The notes under the pieces were generated by a model that was not told the DNA's origin, made no database searches, and worked only from the letters and a program-made list of their open reading frames with translations. Positions 12,224-24,656 of a stretch of 64,000 nucleotides of DNA are shown piece after piece (position 1 is the stretch's first letter; every line of letters starts with the position of its first letter). The translations under genes and the position numbers were made by a program. Origin of the DNA: Selaginella moellendorffii (lineage: Eukaryota > Plantae > Lycopodiophyta); assembly GCF_000143415.4 (NCBI RefSeq), contig NW_003314268.1, positions 2,795,442 to 2,859,441 on the forward strand, read 5' to 3'.

Positions 12224-14420
12224 ATGACATGCTCGTCAGTCCTCTTCCGCGCCACCCAGCAACGCGGCCAGCTCCAGCAGCATCGGCATTGCCACAAGCG
12301 CCAGCGGCTCCCTCCGCAAGTGCTGCTGCTCCGCCGGCGCGGCCGCCTTGACCCCAGCGCCAACAGCAGGAGAACAGCAGGAAAAAGCAAAAGAAGGAAG
12401 AATGGAGGTTCAACGACAGCGAGGCTCCTGAAAGGAGGTATCAAGATCAAAGCCAAACATGGCCATTTGCTGCGAGCATGCCTTCAGGTTAGAACTATCT
12501 ATGGTTTTTTTTGTGTGTTGGATTTGATTGTTTTTATTTGTTCTCCTCGACCCCTTTGAATTGATGCTGCTACTGCTACTCGCGACCTAGCGAACAACTA
12601 GTGGCGAGCCTGCATCCACGACGATACACTGAAGACATGGTCACAACCGAAACTGCAGTAAATTAAGAGTTTTGCCTTTTCATTTCTTTTTCATATTTGT
12701 TCTTGGAAATCGTAGGGCCGTGTGTCAAACACCTATGGCTTTGCATACGCTACCCCATCCAGCTTGGAAGGAGGCAGGTGACACTATCGCACGAGCTGGC
12801 CCAGGGTTCGAGTTACCATCCGAAGACGCTCTACGCACTATCCTGCTGGATCGTGCTTATGGCAAGAGCAAGGTGGCAAGGGTGATGGAAAATCACGCAG
12901 CGAATTCTCTCCCTGGACACAAAAACAACGTCATGCTCATATCTGTGCGCATCGAGACTTACGACCACACCATTCAAGTTCGTGAATTGGGAATCACAGG
13001 TACGTAACATTTTCTATTACAGTGTCTGTTTTCTGAGGTGAGGCCATTGCTGGATAGCTTGAGGAAGTTCTTCGAGAGATCGTCCCCGAGGCCATAATTG
13101 CAGTTATTATTATGGATAATTGCGTGCTCGGAGGGAAGCTCTTTGAAGAGAGGTTTTCCCGGCTATGGTCGTTGAGGTTCCAACCTCACCCTCTGAACTT
13201 GGTGGTGACGGCCTGGAAACGAAAATGCATTTGGTTCAGCAACATTGTAGCTGACACCAAGTTTATGGTGCGGGTTATCACCACCACACCAACGCTTGTT
13301 CGCAGCAAAACTTGCTGAAACGTAAGCTAGTGAAACCAGCAGAAACCATGTTGGCTAGTATATTCAGGGCGACGCTAAAAGAATTCCGTGAGGTATTGAG
13401 AGAGGTTGTCAGCAGCGAGGAGTTTGGACGGTGGGAGCGATCCTTAGCAACCAGTGCCACCTCGCAAAGGCTGTCAGGTTCTGCAATGCCATCAACAATG
13501 ATGAACTTTGGGAGATGATCGATGATATGCTTCCCATTTTGAAACTGGTCTGGTATGGTATCAAGACCCTCGATTGCACTGCTGGACTGGGGTGGGAAAG
13601 TCTTGGAAGGTAAGTAAACTACTTTAACTACAGTCCTCAAGTTCTAGGTTGTAGCATGATAACGAATCCAGAATTGTCTCACGAAGGCAAATATTGCTGA
13701 GTTGTTTCAGCATTTCAATATCTGACACCAGGAATATGTTTGAGATTTCCACGTAGCAGCGCATTTTCTTCCCCCGAAAAACGCAATTCTTATGGAAGCG
13801 GCCAGAATTGGTAAGGTCTTTCAAGAAGGTGGCTCACAAGTTCTATCCCGATAGAGAATCCTACACGACATGCTTGTTGGAGATGGTCGACTACTGTGAC
13901 CGCGGGGCGGAGTCCGAGGAACTGAGGTATTTTCTTGACAAGAATGTGGCTCCTCATCAAATTCGGACGAGGCCGGGGGAGGGTGCAGCATTGCTAAAGA
14001 AGATGGCAGTGAATACAAACCTCTTCAAGCAGTGGTGAGTATTTTATTTTTTTTTTTTAAATCGCTTTTTGACTTTTTGAACGTAATGCTCCTCTAACAT
14101 CGTTTTCTTTCTTTGTTCTACGCGATGCAGCTGCGGAGAGGTGCTTTGACACACAGAAGTATGTACACAAATTCTCCCGCAATGGATTGTCAAGGGACCA
14201 GATTCACAAGCTTTCCCACATTTAATCGAACGAGAGGTGCTGGACAGAGATGGACGACTACGTGAGACCATTCGAAATGGAGTGGTCGATGCGGCTGCTG
14301 ATGAGACCGAGACAGACTGCTCTGATCAGGAATATGAGACTGATGACGAGGATTTCACAGCAGCGGTGCCAGCAGCAAATACAGCATGAGCAAGAACGAA
14401 GCGCGGCCATCCCAACAAAA
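12224..14420 (+). pseudogene. hAT-superfamily (DUF659 + C-terminal dimerisation region) transposase relic with introns
   Basis: DTIARAGPGFELPSEDALRTILLD, MDN...GKLFEERFSRLWSLRFQPHPLNL, LVKPAETMLAS, ELWEMIDDMLPILKLVWYGIKTLD, ALLKKMAV match plant hAT transposase blocks; stops and frameshifts; no TIRs identified. Confidence 0.7.
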
Positions 14421-14591
14421 ATCTTGCTTTTTCTCCATCTTTACTCTTTAGTTGAGAAACTCCGACTCCTCATTTCCGGGATGACAGAAGTTTGTTTTTT
14501 TTTTTTTAAGCAAAAGAGGGAGCTAGCAGCTAAAGATGAATTGAAAGCCCGGGAAGATTTATTCTTTTGATCAAACAATGGATTAGGGTTT

Positions 14592-17500
14592 ATGCATTCC
14601 AGGGAGGGGATGGCGCTGCTAGGACACCCTCCAGGTCTGGCATTTTGCAAGCAGCAATCGCTTTGTCCAGGAGCGTGCGATTCCGAGGCCATAGCAGCGG
14701 CAGCAACGAGAGAGGCGATAGGTATCTCCAGCTCCCAGCCAGATTGCGAGGCTCTACTTGCCGATTGGAAGACGAGGATAGAGCTAGAACTGTTTCGGGC
14801 GCTCAACAGCGCGCAATGCGTGTCCTCCAGGGCGAAGAAGACGGGGTGGAGATTTTCTGGCAGTGGAAGTAAACAGCCAGGAAGCAGGAAGAAATGGGTC
14901 AAGTCCGTGCTTGGCGCTCTTGGGATAGTTTTAGCTTTCAGCGGGGTGGCCAGCGTTGTGAAGATCTTGCTCTCGGCTCTGCCTCCGGATTTCATAGACA
15001 GATGGAGGAAACTCGAGGGCGAGCAGCCGAGAGCTGATCCAAAGTTTGGACAAGGAGAAGAGCCCGAGACTGTGATTTATGACTGTCACGGCGAGGTGAT
15101 TGCCACTCTTGTTCCTGGAGGATACATTGGCAAGCGAGATCCTTTGAAAACTTCGGCCTCGACCGGTCCTCTCCGTCCGAGCGACATTCCTTCGGCGATG
15201 TGGCAGGCGGTGGTAGCTTCCGAGGATCGGCGTTTCTTTGAGCACCATGGAATTGATCCGAGAGGGATTTCTCGTGCGGTGCTTACGCTTTCTTCTAGCG
15301 GTGGTGGAAGCACGATCACGCAACAGGTACTTTGGGTTTTCCTGTTTCTTTTTCTTGCACTGGATCAAGTTTGTTTTGTTCTTTCGCGCAGCTGGTGAAG
15401 AACTTATTTCTAACAAACGAACGAAAATGGTCTCGCAAGGCTGTGGAGATCATTCTAGCACTTCTTTTGGAGAAACGTATGTCCAAGTGGGATATCTTAC
15501 GTCTTTACCTTGACAAGGTGATTGTGTTCGACGTTTTGGCTGTGCAATGCTTTGGACTGACCACTTTCTGGCAGATTTATTGGGGCCACGGTGTCTACGG
15601 TTTGAAAGCCGCCGCAGCGTTTTACTTTGGAAAGCATCCATCACTGTTGACGCTAGCAGAATGCGCAATGCTAGCAGGCATTATTCCTGCACCCGAACTT
15701 CTGTCACCATATAGAGATCCTAGCAGGTATGAAAGACGAGGCTGACTTGTTTACTAACACCACTCGATTAGAGGGAAAAAGCCTCAGGCTAGAACACTCC
15801 GGCGCATGGTCGAGGTTGGATTTCTGGATGCCGACAGTGCTGCTGCTGCGGTTAATGAACCTCTCTCTCTTTCTTTGGAGTATCAGGAAGGAACCTGTGG
15901 TCCATGGCGTGCTCCTTACTTTGTCAGCGAGGTTTGTCTTTATGGAGATGTTTGGCTGACTTGAGATTGGCCCTTCAGGTGCTGTATGAGCTGACGCAAA
16001 CTTATGGAAGAGACCACATTCTTCGCGGCGGATTACAGGTATTCATATGAAATGTGTACAGCTTTGGTGAAACATATTGTGTTTCATAGATACGTACTAC
16101 ACTGGACTTGTCCATACAAGATATAGCTGAAAAGACCATCACGGAAGCTTTGTCCGAATTTGATAATGAAAGGTTGGTTCTTGCGGATAAGGAGATCGGG
16201 AAGATCCGCGAGAAAATTCAAAAATTAGGAAAAACTCGGGCCGAGGAAATTTTGAAAGCCGTAAACGCGGTTACGTTAAGGTATCTCACTCATATTTTTA
16301 CTTTGACAACCTCTGGCTAAGGAAGCATACTTTGTGAAGGATCCAAAAGGATGCGAAGAAGCGTCGTCGAAAAATGAAGGACGTCAGTAAGCTCAGGTAC
16401 AGGTTTCCAGGTTGTGTATCGCAATTACATAAGTCTTACTGCAGAGAGGAAACAGATAAAGCCATTTCTCTTGCTGCGGAGAAAGCCAAAGCAGCTGTTT
16501 GTTTGCGATTCGACTGGATGTATGTAGAATTTGTCTTCCACCTGACATTTTCAGCTCCCACTGGGACATGCAGGGAAAAGAGATTAGAAGCATCTCTTGC
16601 AAAATATGAAGATGAAAGCAAGAAGGCAGCTGTAGCAAAGTAAGTGTGATATTGTGTTTTTCAAGTCACCTTATAGTTGCCGATAGGATGGAAGGAGCAG
16701 TGATTGGTATCGATCCTTTAAGTGGTGCGGTTCGTGTACTTGTCGGTGGCAGGGACTACTATGAAAGCAGTTTTAATCGATGCACGCAGGTTCGAGAATC
16801 TTGCTTCAACTCTGTAATATTGAAAGTTTTGTACGCAGGCATTTCGATCACCTGGTTCGACATTCAAACCGGTTGTGTACCTTACAGCTCTAGCCGAAGG
16901 AATGTAAGGAACATCGTGCAGGGCTTTTTTCATATGTTCATGCTCTTCTTTAAGGCTATGTCTGTGCTAGTGATCCAAGCCGTACGATCGTGGACGCTCC
17001 TTACACGATTGGTGGCTTTACTCCGGAGAACTACGACCGCAAATATAGAGGAAGAGTAAGCTATCCAGCTTCATGGGACTTAACTTTCTGTTTTGAAACA
17101 GGTTACAGTGGAAGAATCGTTGCTGAGATCTCTGAACGTTCCAACTGTAAAACTGTGTGCAGAAGTCGGAGTCGACAAGGTTTTTGACAGACCATTGTGT
17201 TTCTATCTATAAGCTGTATATGTAGGTATGTGCCATGGGAGCGGCGCTTGGCATTGATACATTTCTTCCTTACGAACTGTCTCTGTCCCTTGGCGGCTGT
17301 GAGGTAAATATTTGTATTGCCACTGCTTACGATCTACCTGTGTACTCGTTCAGGTGACTCCACTGCAACTTGCTACTGTGTATGCAACTATTGCCTCCGG
17401 AGGAATCTACCGAAAGCCATACATGATTTCCTGTGTGCGGGATTCCCAAGGCGAAGTTTTACAGGAACAGGTACGTGGTGATGTCAATCTTTTTGTTAAA

Positions 17501-18443
17501 AGCTGAAGTGGTGTCGTGCTTTTCCTCAGCCGGCACCAAGTGAAGAGGCAGTTGTGGACGAGTATGCAGTGTCTGAGCTCAGGAGGCTACTGCAGGTTTT
17601 CTAGATAAAATCTTAACGCTGCGCTCTTTAAACTCCTAGTTTTGGCAGGCCGTTGTAGAGAAAGGAACTGGACAATCTGCAAGAATAGGAAGGCCTTGCG
17701 CTGGGAAAACCGGAACTTCTGATGGCTACAGAGACGCGTGGTTTGCTGGCTTTACGCCCGAGCTTTCTTGTGTGGTAAGGGAACCGGTTCATATTGAGGA
17801 TATCCACGTCTTTGAGTTGCGATGACAGGTCTGGATTGGATATGACGACAACACTCCTGTTGGTGGAATGCATCCAAGTAAAGGCTTTGTTTTCTAGGCT
17901 GTCAAAGTTTGATCCCTTCGTTTTTGTGACAGTCACAGGTTATTCACACGCGGCTCCACTTTGGAAGCATTTTATGATTCTCGCTCACGAGGTAGTTCAC
18001 CAGTTCAGACATGAGATTTCTCAAGAGTTTGTGCGACTGAATCCAGGGCCTTCCAATCCAAAGATTCCATGACTATGGACGAGATAGATACGGCAACCAA
18101 GGTTCTCGCGATTTTGAGAAGAGATCACGTCGACCGCAAAGGCTGCTGGCTTTCCGGGTATGTTCGGCTGGTTGCTTTTTCGCCTCTTGAGTTTTTCTAA
18201 GATCCAAGTGCTCGTTGTTAGGATACTCCTCCCACTAGTGTGGCCGACTCGAAGTTTGGCATCAGTGGCACGCAGTGGAAACAAGTGTGGGACTGGGAGA
18301 AGGCTAGCGTTGCGTGGGAGGAACGGGAGAAAATGCAAACGTGGACAGAGACGAGGTCCAAACACGAGGAAAGAATCAGTGCTCTGAGAGAGCAGTGGCA
18401 GAATCTGATTCTCCGTCCGGTTTCAGGTGCCTGCTGCTACTGA
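14592..18443 (+). CDS. PBP: Class A penicillin-binding protein (transglycosylase + transpeptidase), ~926 aa, 21 exons; plastid peptidoglycan pathway
   Basis: Exons 14592-15326, 15392-15517, 15575-15726, 15772-15931, 15979-16038, 16090-16280, 16340-16396, 16445-16519, 16574-16639, 16687-16789, 16839-16903, 16971-17055, 17102-17179, 17226-17303, 17354-17470, 17530-17595, 17649-17774, 17829-17877, 17933-17991, 18047-18157, 18222-18443 (all GT-AG, frame continuous). TM anchor VLGALGIVLAF; TG motifs EDRRFFEHHGID and GGSTITQQLVKN; TP motifs STFK (16857), SLN (17129), KTG (17706). Confidence 0.93.
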
Positions 18444-18904
18444 TCCATTGAAGTTTTTCGCCTTTTTGCACAACTGACCTCCAACTTTCAGGAGTGTTGC
18501 AGTTCTTGAAGAGGTTTGATTTGCTACACTAGGATCCGCAAAAAAATTGTTTTTTGGAGCTTGCCAGTCTTCAGGTGGGCTGTACAGTTTTGCCAGTTTA
18601 CTTTGGATCTAATTTCCAGTTGACAGGATGAGCGAAACAATGCATTTGTCATCGGTTTCCATCCACAAGAATTCAAAGGCTTTCTTGGTTTTATACGGAA
18701 AAAGTAACGCCGCCGAATTTTAAGGTTTTATCGGTTTGACGTTTAGTGACGTGTCCTGCCAACGTCAGATGCTCGTCTGCCACGTCGGACAGTCTTTATG
18801 TTCGGTTGTCTCTAGAAAACTAGGGAGGGAGGGAGCGCGATCCATGGTGGTGCCTCCCCGGCCAATCGATCAATCGAATCCAGCGCTTCAATCGTGCTGT
18901 GCCG

Positions 18905-20959
18905 ATGGCGTCGCATTCCAGCAGCGATCTCGGTGCGCGCTTGCTCGGCGAGGAGGAATCGCGGGTGAGTTGGTTCGCGTGAGTAGGGCTTTTTGTCTGA
19001 TTTCTCTTCGCTCAAGCCTGGAAGCAGTAGCAGCAGCATCAGCGATGCTTTGGATTACACGCAGGACGGATCGATCGACTTGTTTGGGCAGCCTGCGCTG
19101 CGATCCAAGACCGGGGGATGGAGAACCTCAGCTTTTATTCTTGGTAAGCTCTTTTCTCACTGAAGCAAAGGAGACGATCTTTCTTTTCTTGTTCCAAGGA
19201 ACCGAGTGCTGCGAGAGGCTGGCGTTCTATGGGATCAATGCCAACCTCGTCATGTATCTCACCAAGGAGCTCCACCAAGGCAACGCTACTGCTGCCAAGA
19301 ATGTGGCTGTCTGGGCCGGCACTGGCTACCTCACGCCTTTGATCGGCGCTTTCATCGCCGATTCTTTCCTGGGACGATTCAAAACTATTGCTGCCTTCTC
19401 GACACTCTACGTTGTTGTAAGTTCTATCGTCTCTATAGCTTTTTCGCCATAGCTCCTGTTCTTACGTTTCTTTTTTGTTTTTTACTTCAGGGGCTGGTTT
19501 TGCTGACTTTGTCGTCGTCTTTACCATCGCTCACGCCTCCCGACTGTCCACCAGACGTCCATAAATGCCCAAAGGCATCGCTCGGGCAGCTAAGTGTTTT
19601 CTACACCGCGCTCTACTTGGTGGCCTTGGGAATGGGAGGCATAAAGCCGTGCGTCTCAGCGTTTGGAGCGGACCAGTTCGACGACGAGCACAAGTCGGAG
19701 AAGAAGAAGAAGAGCCACTTCTTCAACTGGTTCTACTTGTCCATAAACCTGGGCGCGCTCATCGCTAGCACCGTGCTGGTTTACGTCCAGGACAACATTA
19801 GCTGGTCACTCGGTTACGCCATCCCGGCCTTGGCAATGGTCCTGGCCATCTCGTGCTATCTCGCGGGTGGGAGATACTACAGGCACAAGAGGCCCGCTGG
19901 CAGCGCGCTCACCAGAGTTGCACAGGTTTTGGTCGCGGCGTGCCGCAAGTGGATGGTCGAAGTCCCCTCCGACGAAACCTTTCTATATGGCTTCCACGAC
20001 AAGAACTCTGCCATCGAAGGAAGCAGGAAGATCGAGCACACGGAAGAATTCAAGTAAGCCTTGCATGTTTCTTTTTCTTCTAGAGAAAACTCTCGACAAC
20101 TTTCGTTAGATTTCTCGACAAGGCTGCCACTGTGACTACTCGCGATCGAATGCTGGAGCAGCCTCCAAGCCCGTGGAACTTATGCACCGTGTCGGAGGTG
20201 GAGGACGTGAAGCAAGTCGTGAGCATCATGCCGATCTGGGCCAGCAACATCTTCTTCTCGACCGTCTTCGCGCAGATGTACAGCCTCTTCGTGGAGCAAG
20301 GCACGAGAATGGAGCGGCGCCTCGCCCGGGGCTTCTACGTCCCGCCAGCGTGCATGTCCCTCTTCGAGGTGGGGACGGTGCTCCTCATGGTTCCACTCTA
20401 CGACCGCGTCATCGTGAAGCTCGTGAGGAGATACTCGGGACGCCACCACGGCTTCACTCTCCTCCAGCGCATGGGAATCGGCCTCTTCCTCTCCATCTTC
20501 CCGATGGTGTCGGCCTGTTTAGTGGAGAGGAAGCGCTTGGAGATGGCCGCGACGCTGGGGATGGTAGACGACGCAGTGAACCCGGTTCCAATGACCATCT
20601 TCTGGCAAGTGCCGCAGTACTCGCTCATCGGGATGGCCGAGACTTTCACGTTCGTCGGGCAGCTCGAGTTCTTCTACGAGCAGGCACCGGACTCCATGAG
20701 GAGCTTGGGGACCGCCCTGGCGCTCACGACTTACGGACTGGGATACTACACCAACAGCCTGATGATCTCGGTGGTGACCAAGATCACGCGCAGCGGCTCC
20801 AGCCCCGGGTGGATTTCAAACAACTTGAATCGTGGTCACTTGGATTACTACTTCGCGACCATGGCCGGGATAGCGGTGGTGAACGTGCTGTGGTATGTGC
20901 GCTGCGCGAGAGGCTACAAGTACAAGGAGACGAGCGTGATTGATCCGCCGGTCGTGTAG
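18905..20959 (+). CDS. NPF8: NRT1/PTR family (NPF8-like) peptide/nitrate transporter, 5 exons
   Basis: Exons 18905-18964, 19017-19143, 19199-19416, 19491-20053, 20110-20959; YTQDGSIDLFG...KTGGW, ECCERLAFYG (ExxER), FGADQFD, FFNWFY, LEFFYEQAPDSMRS, NRGHLDYY. Confidence 0.93.
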
Positions 20960-21150
20960 AGGGCGTTGTGTTCATTCTTTCCGCTCCAGGATTCGTTGTT
21001 CATATGGGAGGTTCCCTCGATTCTTTAGATATAAAACATTCATGGATGATTGAGCTTGAGATTCAACTTGATCGTATCAATGGACAAAATCTACAAATGC
21101 TTAAGGAGGAGTCTCTAAACAAAATTGAAGCATGATCATGGACTTCTACC

Positions 21151-21977
21151 TCAGTTGGTCTTGGATTTGATGCTCTTCTTCTTCAGCCTCTGCGAGTTCA
21201 CCATGCCCAAGTAGAAGAGGAGAGCTCCAAAGATGGACAGGTTCTGCAAAGACAGAGAAGTTTTAACATAGTTCCATCAACACAGTGAAGGTACCTTGAG
21301 GAATTGCATGAACTCTCGGACATACGCCGGATTGGAGAGCTCGTAGTTGTAAAAGTCGTGCATAATCGGCGTGACGGTGGCGATAAATATCATCTGCCAA
21401 GACAAGCTTTGAGCATTCAAGAGGAAGGAATAGAAAAGCCCAAGTAGCATTCATATAGCATTCATACAAACGCAAGCAAGACTTTTGGAAACAGTAAACA
21501 GACCAGAAGATAAGCGCCTATGGTGCTTCCACAAGTGAAGAGAATCGCCCCCAATCCTTCGGCCGCTATAGCAGCCATGAGCAAGTACTTGAGCTGCGAA
21601 ACTAAAACTTAAGGGGAGAAAGAAAAGTAAAAGAGAAGAAAGAAGCTCTCCGCTCTTTCTTACATTCACGCCTGGGATCTCGAAATGCAACGTGGATGAC
21701 ACATGCTGCTTGAACAGTGCGAACTTCGGCTCCAGCGTCTTGAGCGACAGTCCTCCATCGGACCCAAACTCGCTGATCCTGGAAAGAAAATCCCACTCAC
21801 GTGAGCACAGCGAATAGATCTGCAAGGGGATCTCGACGAAACCGCAAAGCAGCAAAGACTTCGATGGGAATCGCGAAAGAAGAGGCAAGAGGAGAGAGGA
21901 ATCGCTCACTTTTGCCAGGCGGAGAGGATGAAGATCGCGGAGAAGAAGACGCGGCCGGCGAAGGACATGAATCCCAT
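21151..21977 (-). CDS. HR-like lesion-inducing (Nicotiana lesion-inducing-like) membrane protein, multi-exon
   Basis: MGFMSFAGRVFFSAIFILSAWQK / ISEFGSDGGLSLKTLEPKF / ...NLSIFGALLFYLGMVNSQRLKKKSIKSKTN*. Confidence 0.85.
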
Positions 21978-22375
21978 GGCTCCGGCGGCGACGCTCCCCA
22001 GAAGCGCGCGTGGAGGAAACCCTCGATGCCGCTTTCCCGCCTGCTGCGCCAAAGCCCAACCCAGCAAAAAGAGGGAAGAAAAAACAAATAAAAATTGCTT
22101 TTTGTTGGGCCCATCCCCACCGTCGGTGCCAAACTTGCTACAGCCGTCGGATGCGCGCCACGCAAAACTTATCCTAGCCGTCGCTCTAAAGCTTTACTAA
22201 CACGAGTGTTTGTGTATAAATATGTACCTGTTACGAATCAATCAAAGAATAGTGGAAGGAAAAAAAAAAGGAAAAAACAGCACCCAAGGGTTCTCTCTCC
22301 AACGCTTACATTGTGACCTTTGATCTTGATCCGGTATCTTAGTTTTTCCTGTGTAAATTTTTGTTTTTGGTTTGG

Positions 22376-24182
22376 CTATGGCTGTTGGTTTTGATGATTT
22401 TGGAGGCTGTTGTTGTTGGGCTGCTTGGTGTTGTCTCGCTCATAATCCGATGCCAAGCTCTGTTGGACCTTCTGTGTCAGCAAAAATTGAGCCGCTTGGA
22501 TGGCTTCTCCGCTGCCTATCATGGTTACTTTCCTGAAACGAAAGCAAGCAAAGATGAATACTAGATGGGAAGCTTGGCCAAGTTACCTATACTCTGTGCC
22601 CGTAACAAAATCTCCTCGGTCAGAAACTTTGATCTTCGCGCCGCTAGACTGCAGAGGTTTTTTGGTTTGATTTGTAACGTAAAGATGGGAAGAAGGGAAG
22701 AGTTACCTGCTGGAGTTCTTGAAGCGTCTTGCCCGCCCGGCCTAGAATGAATCCGATGTGCTCGTCAGGTATACCAATTGTAACTGAAGATGTGAGTGCC
22801 CCCACTTCAACGACTGGTAGTGCCATCTGATAAGGGGGTTGCAACGCGATCACCGGCGCCATCATACCCTGCGAGACGAGAAAAGAAATTGAGAGACGAG
22901 TACAAGTTTTGGAAGTTTTAGAAACTTACCCGCGCAGACAAAATGCTTGGAGCACCATACGCAACTGGCATTGGGGGGCCAGGGCCGTTTCTTCTTAGAT
23001 TTTGCAGTCCTGGAGACGCATGATAAACACACCTGACAATGAAAGAAGTCGGCCTTGTACCTGGGTAGACGAGGGGTGTGCTTGTGGTCTCGGTGTAGCT
23101 CGATTCTTCCGTCAGCTTTGTAAGAATTAGCGTGACCGCTTTTATAATCTGGTCGACATTTCCTCCGATGGTGACGATGCGATCAATCACGCCGGGGAGA
23201 AGCTGATCTTGCGATGAGAGTTTGATACTGGCTTGCGAGTCCTCAACGAATTTTCTAACAGAAACGGCCATAAGCTGGCTGGGAAGCAGAAAGAAAAAAA
23301 TAAGTCTCTACTTGCTTACTTGATGTTGGAGCCTCCCTTTCCAATGATTGCCCCGCAGACAGTCTTGGGAACCAAAAGCTTCACCTGAATGGATTTTGTA
23401 TCATCTTGGTTGTCCTGCCAAGAGAGAAAAAAAAAAAAAAGACAAAACACAAACAGGCCCGAATAAGAAACTAGAAGACAGGGCTGAAACTCAAGGATAG
23501 AGATCCGACCTTACATCTTTGATAATCTTTGAGATGATGAGCTGAAACGCAGTCAAGACGTCTGCTAGGGACCCACTCAATACAGCGACGCGATCTGAGG
23601 TACCGGGGAAGTATTCATGGTTCCGGGACAACTGAATTCGAGCTCCAGATTGAGCTTGAAAGTCGCTAATGGTGGAACCTCCCTTGCCAATCACTGATCC
23701 GGCAGCCGTGTTGGTCACCAGGAATCTCAAGTTCGTCGTAGTTTCACCAGCATTGTTTTCTGCAAAAAGAAATTCCATGAGATCCTCCGTCCTAGAAGTC
23801 CAATTTGGAGCAAAATTATGCCTCTAGAACTCCACCTCACTCGCCTCTCTCTCTTTCTCTCCTTGTGACTTCTAGGGTCGAGACTCCACCTATCTAGCAG
23901 GCAATGCATCACTCTCTCTTGCGCAGCTCCAGGAAGCTGGCAAAATCTACATTCGGCTGGCGCATTGCGATCGATCCGACAAGAAAAATTTCGCCTCAGG
24001 GCGCCAGATCCAGCCTCAAATCTTGCAAATTCCCTCACAGCAATGCGAGCAAAGACCTAACCTGGAGAAGCAGCGACCCCGTTCGCTGGCGCCGCTGTCG
24101 CCGCCGCCTCCTCCTCGCCGAAGCTCGATCTCGCCAAATCCTCCCCCCCTCCTCCTCCGGCCGCTGCCTCCTCCGCCTCCAT
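22376..24182 (-). CDS. BTR1: Three-KH-domain RNA-binding protein, BTR1/Nova-like
   Basis: ATG 24182 (MEAEEAAAGGGG); KH GxxG loops IGKGGSTI, IGKGGSNIK, LGRAGKTL; QLSRNHEYFPGTSDR; stop at 22376. Confidence 0.88.
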
Positions 24183-24410
24183 CTCTCTCTCACAATCTCC
24201 CTCCCTCCCGCCTCACACGCGCATCGCTCAAGAACTCCTCTCCCAAATGAAATACCTAGGGTCTTCTCTAAGCGATTCACAGAGAAGCCACTTCCATGTG
24301 AAGTGTCAAAGGCCTTTCTCTCATACAAGGAACAGGGTATACAGCCCAGGATAAAAAGTAAAAGTCACGGTGGGAAAGGGCGCGGTTAATGGATGCGGTA
24401 AATAAAAAAG

Positions 24411-24423
24411 CTTATATATAAAG
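24411..24423. promoter_or_regulatory. Candidate TATA box between divergent BTR1-like and PTP1 genes
   Basis: CTTATATATAAAG reads as a TATA box on both strands, about midway in the ~475 bp divergent spacer. Confidence 0.4.
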
Positions 24424-24656
24424 CCTAGCCAGTCAACAGGTTAAATCGGGTCTAGATCCAACGGCTGGCATCTCCCCAACGTAATACTTCTAACGGCTAT
24501 CATTGCGCAGTACTTCCGGATCGTAATGCAGCGATCCAACGGCTTGTTTTTCCCTTCTCGGAATGTTTGATCTTGCGATCCATGGCGCGGCGCGGCGCGG
24601 CTCCTAGGTTTGATTTTCTTTTCGATCTTCTCCAAGATCTCGGGAGTAGGAGATAG

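Noticed and set aside
14592-18443. PBP as bacterial contamination or recent horizontal transfer
   Set aside because: It has 20 spliceosomal introns and is embedded among ordinary plant genes
20173-20943. 256 aa alternative-frame ORF within the NPF gene
   Set aside because: Shadow ORF caused by high GC3 in the last exon
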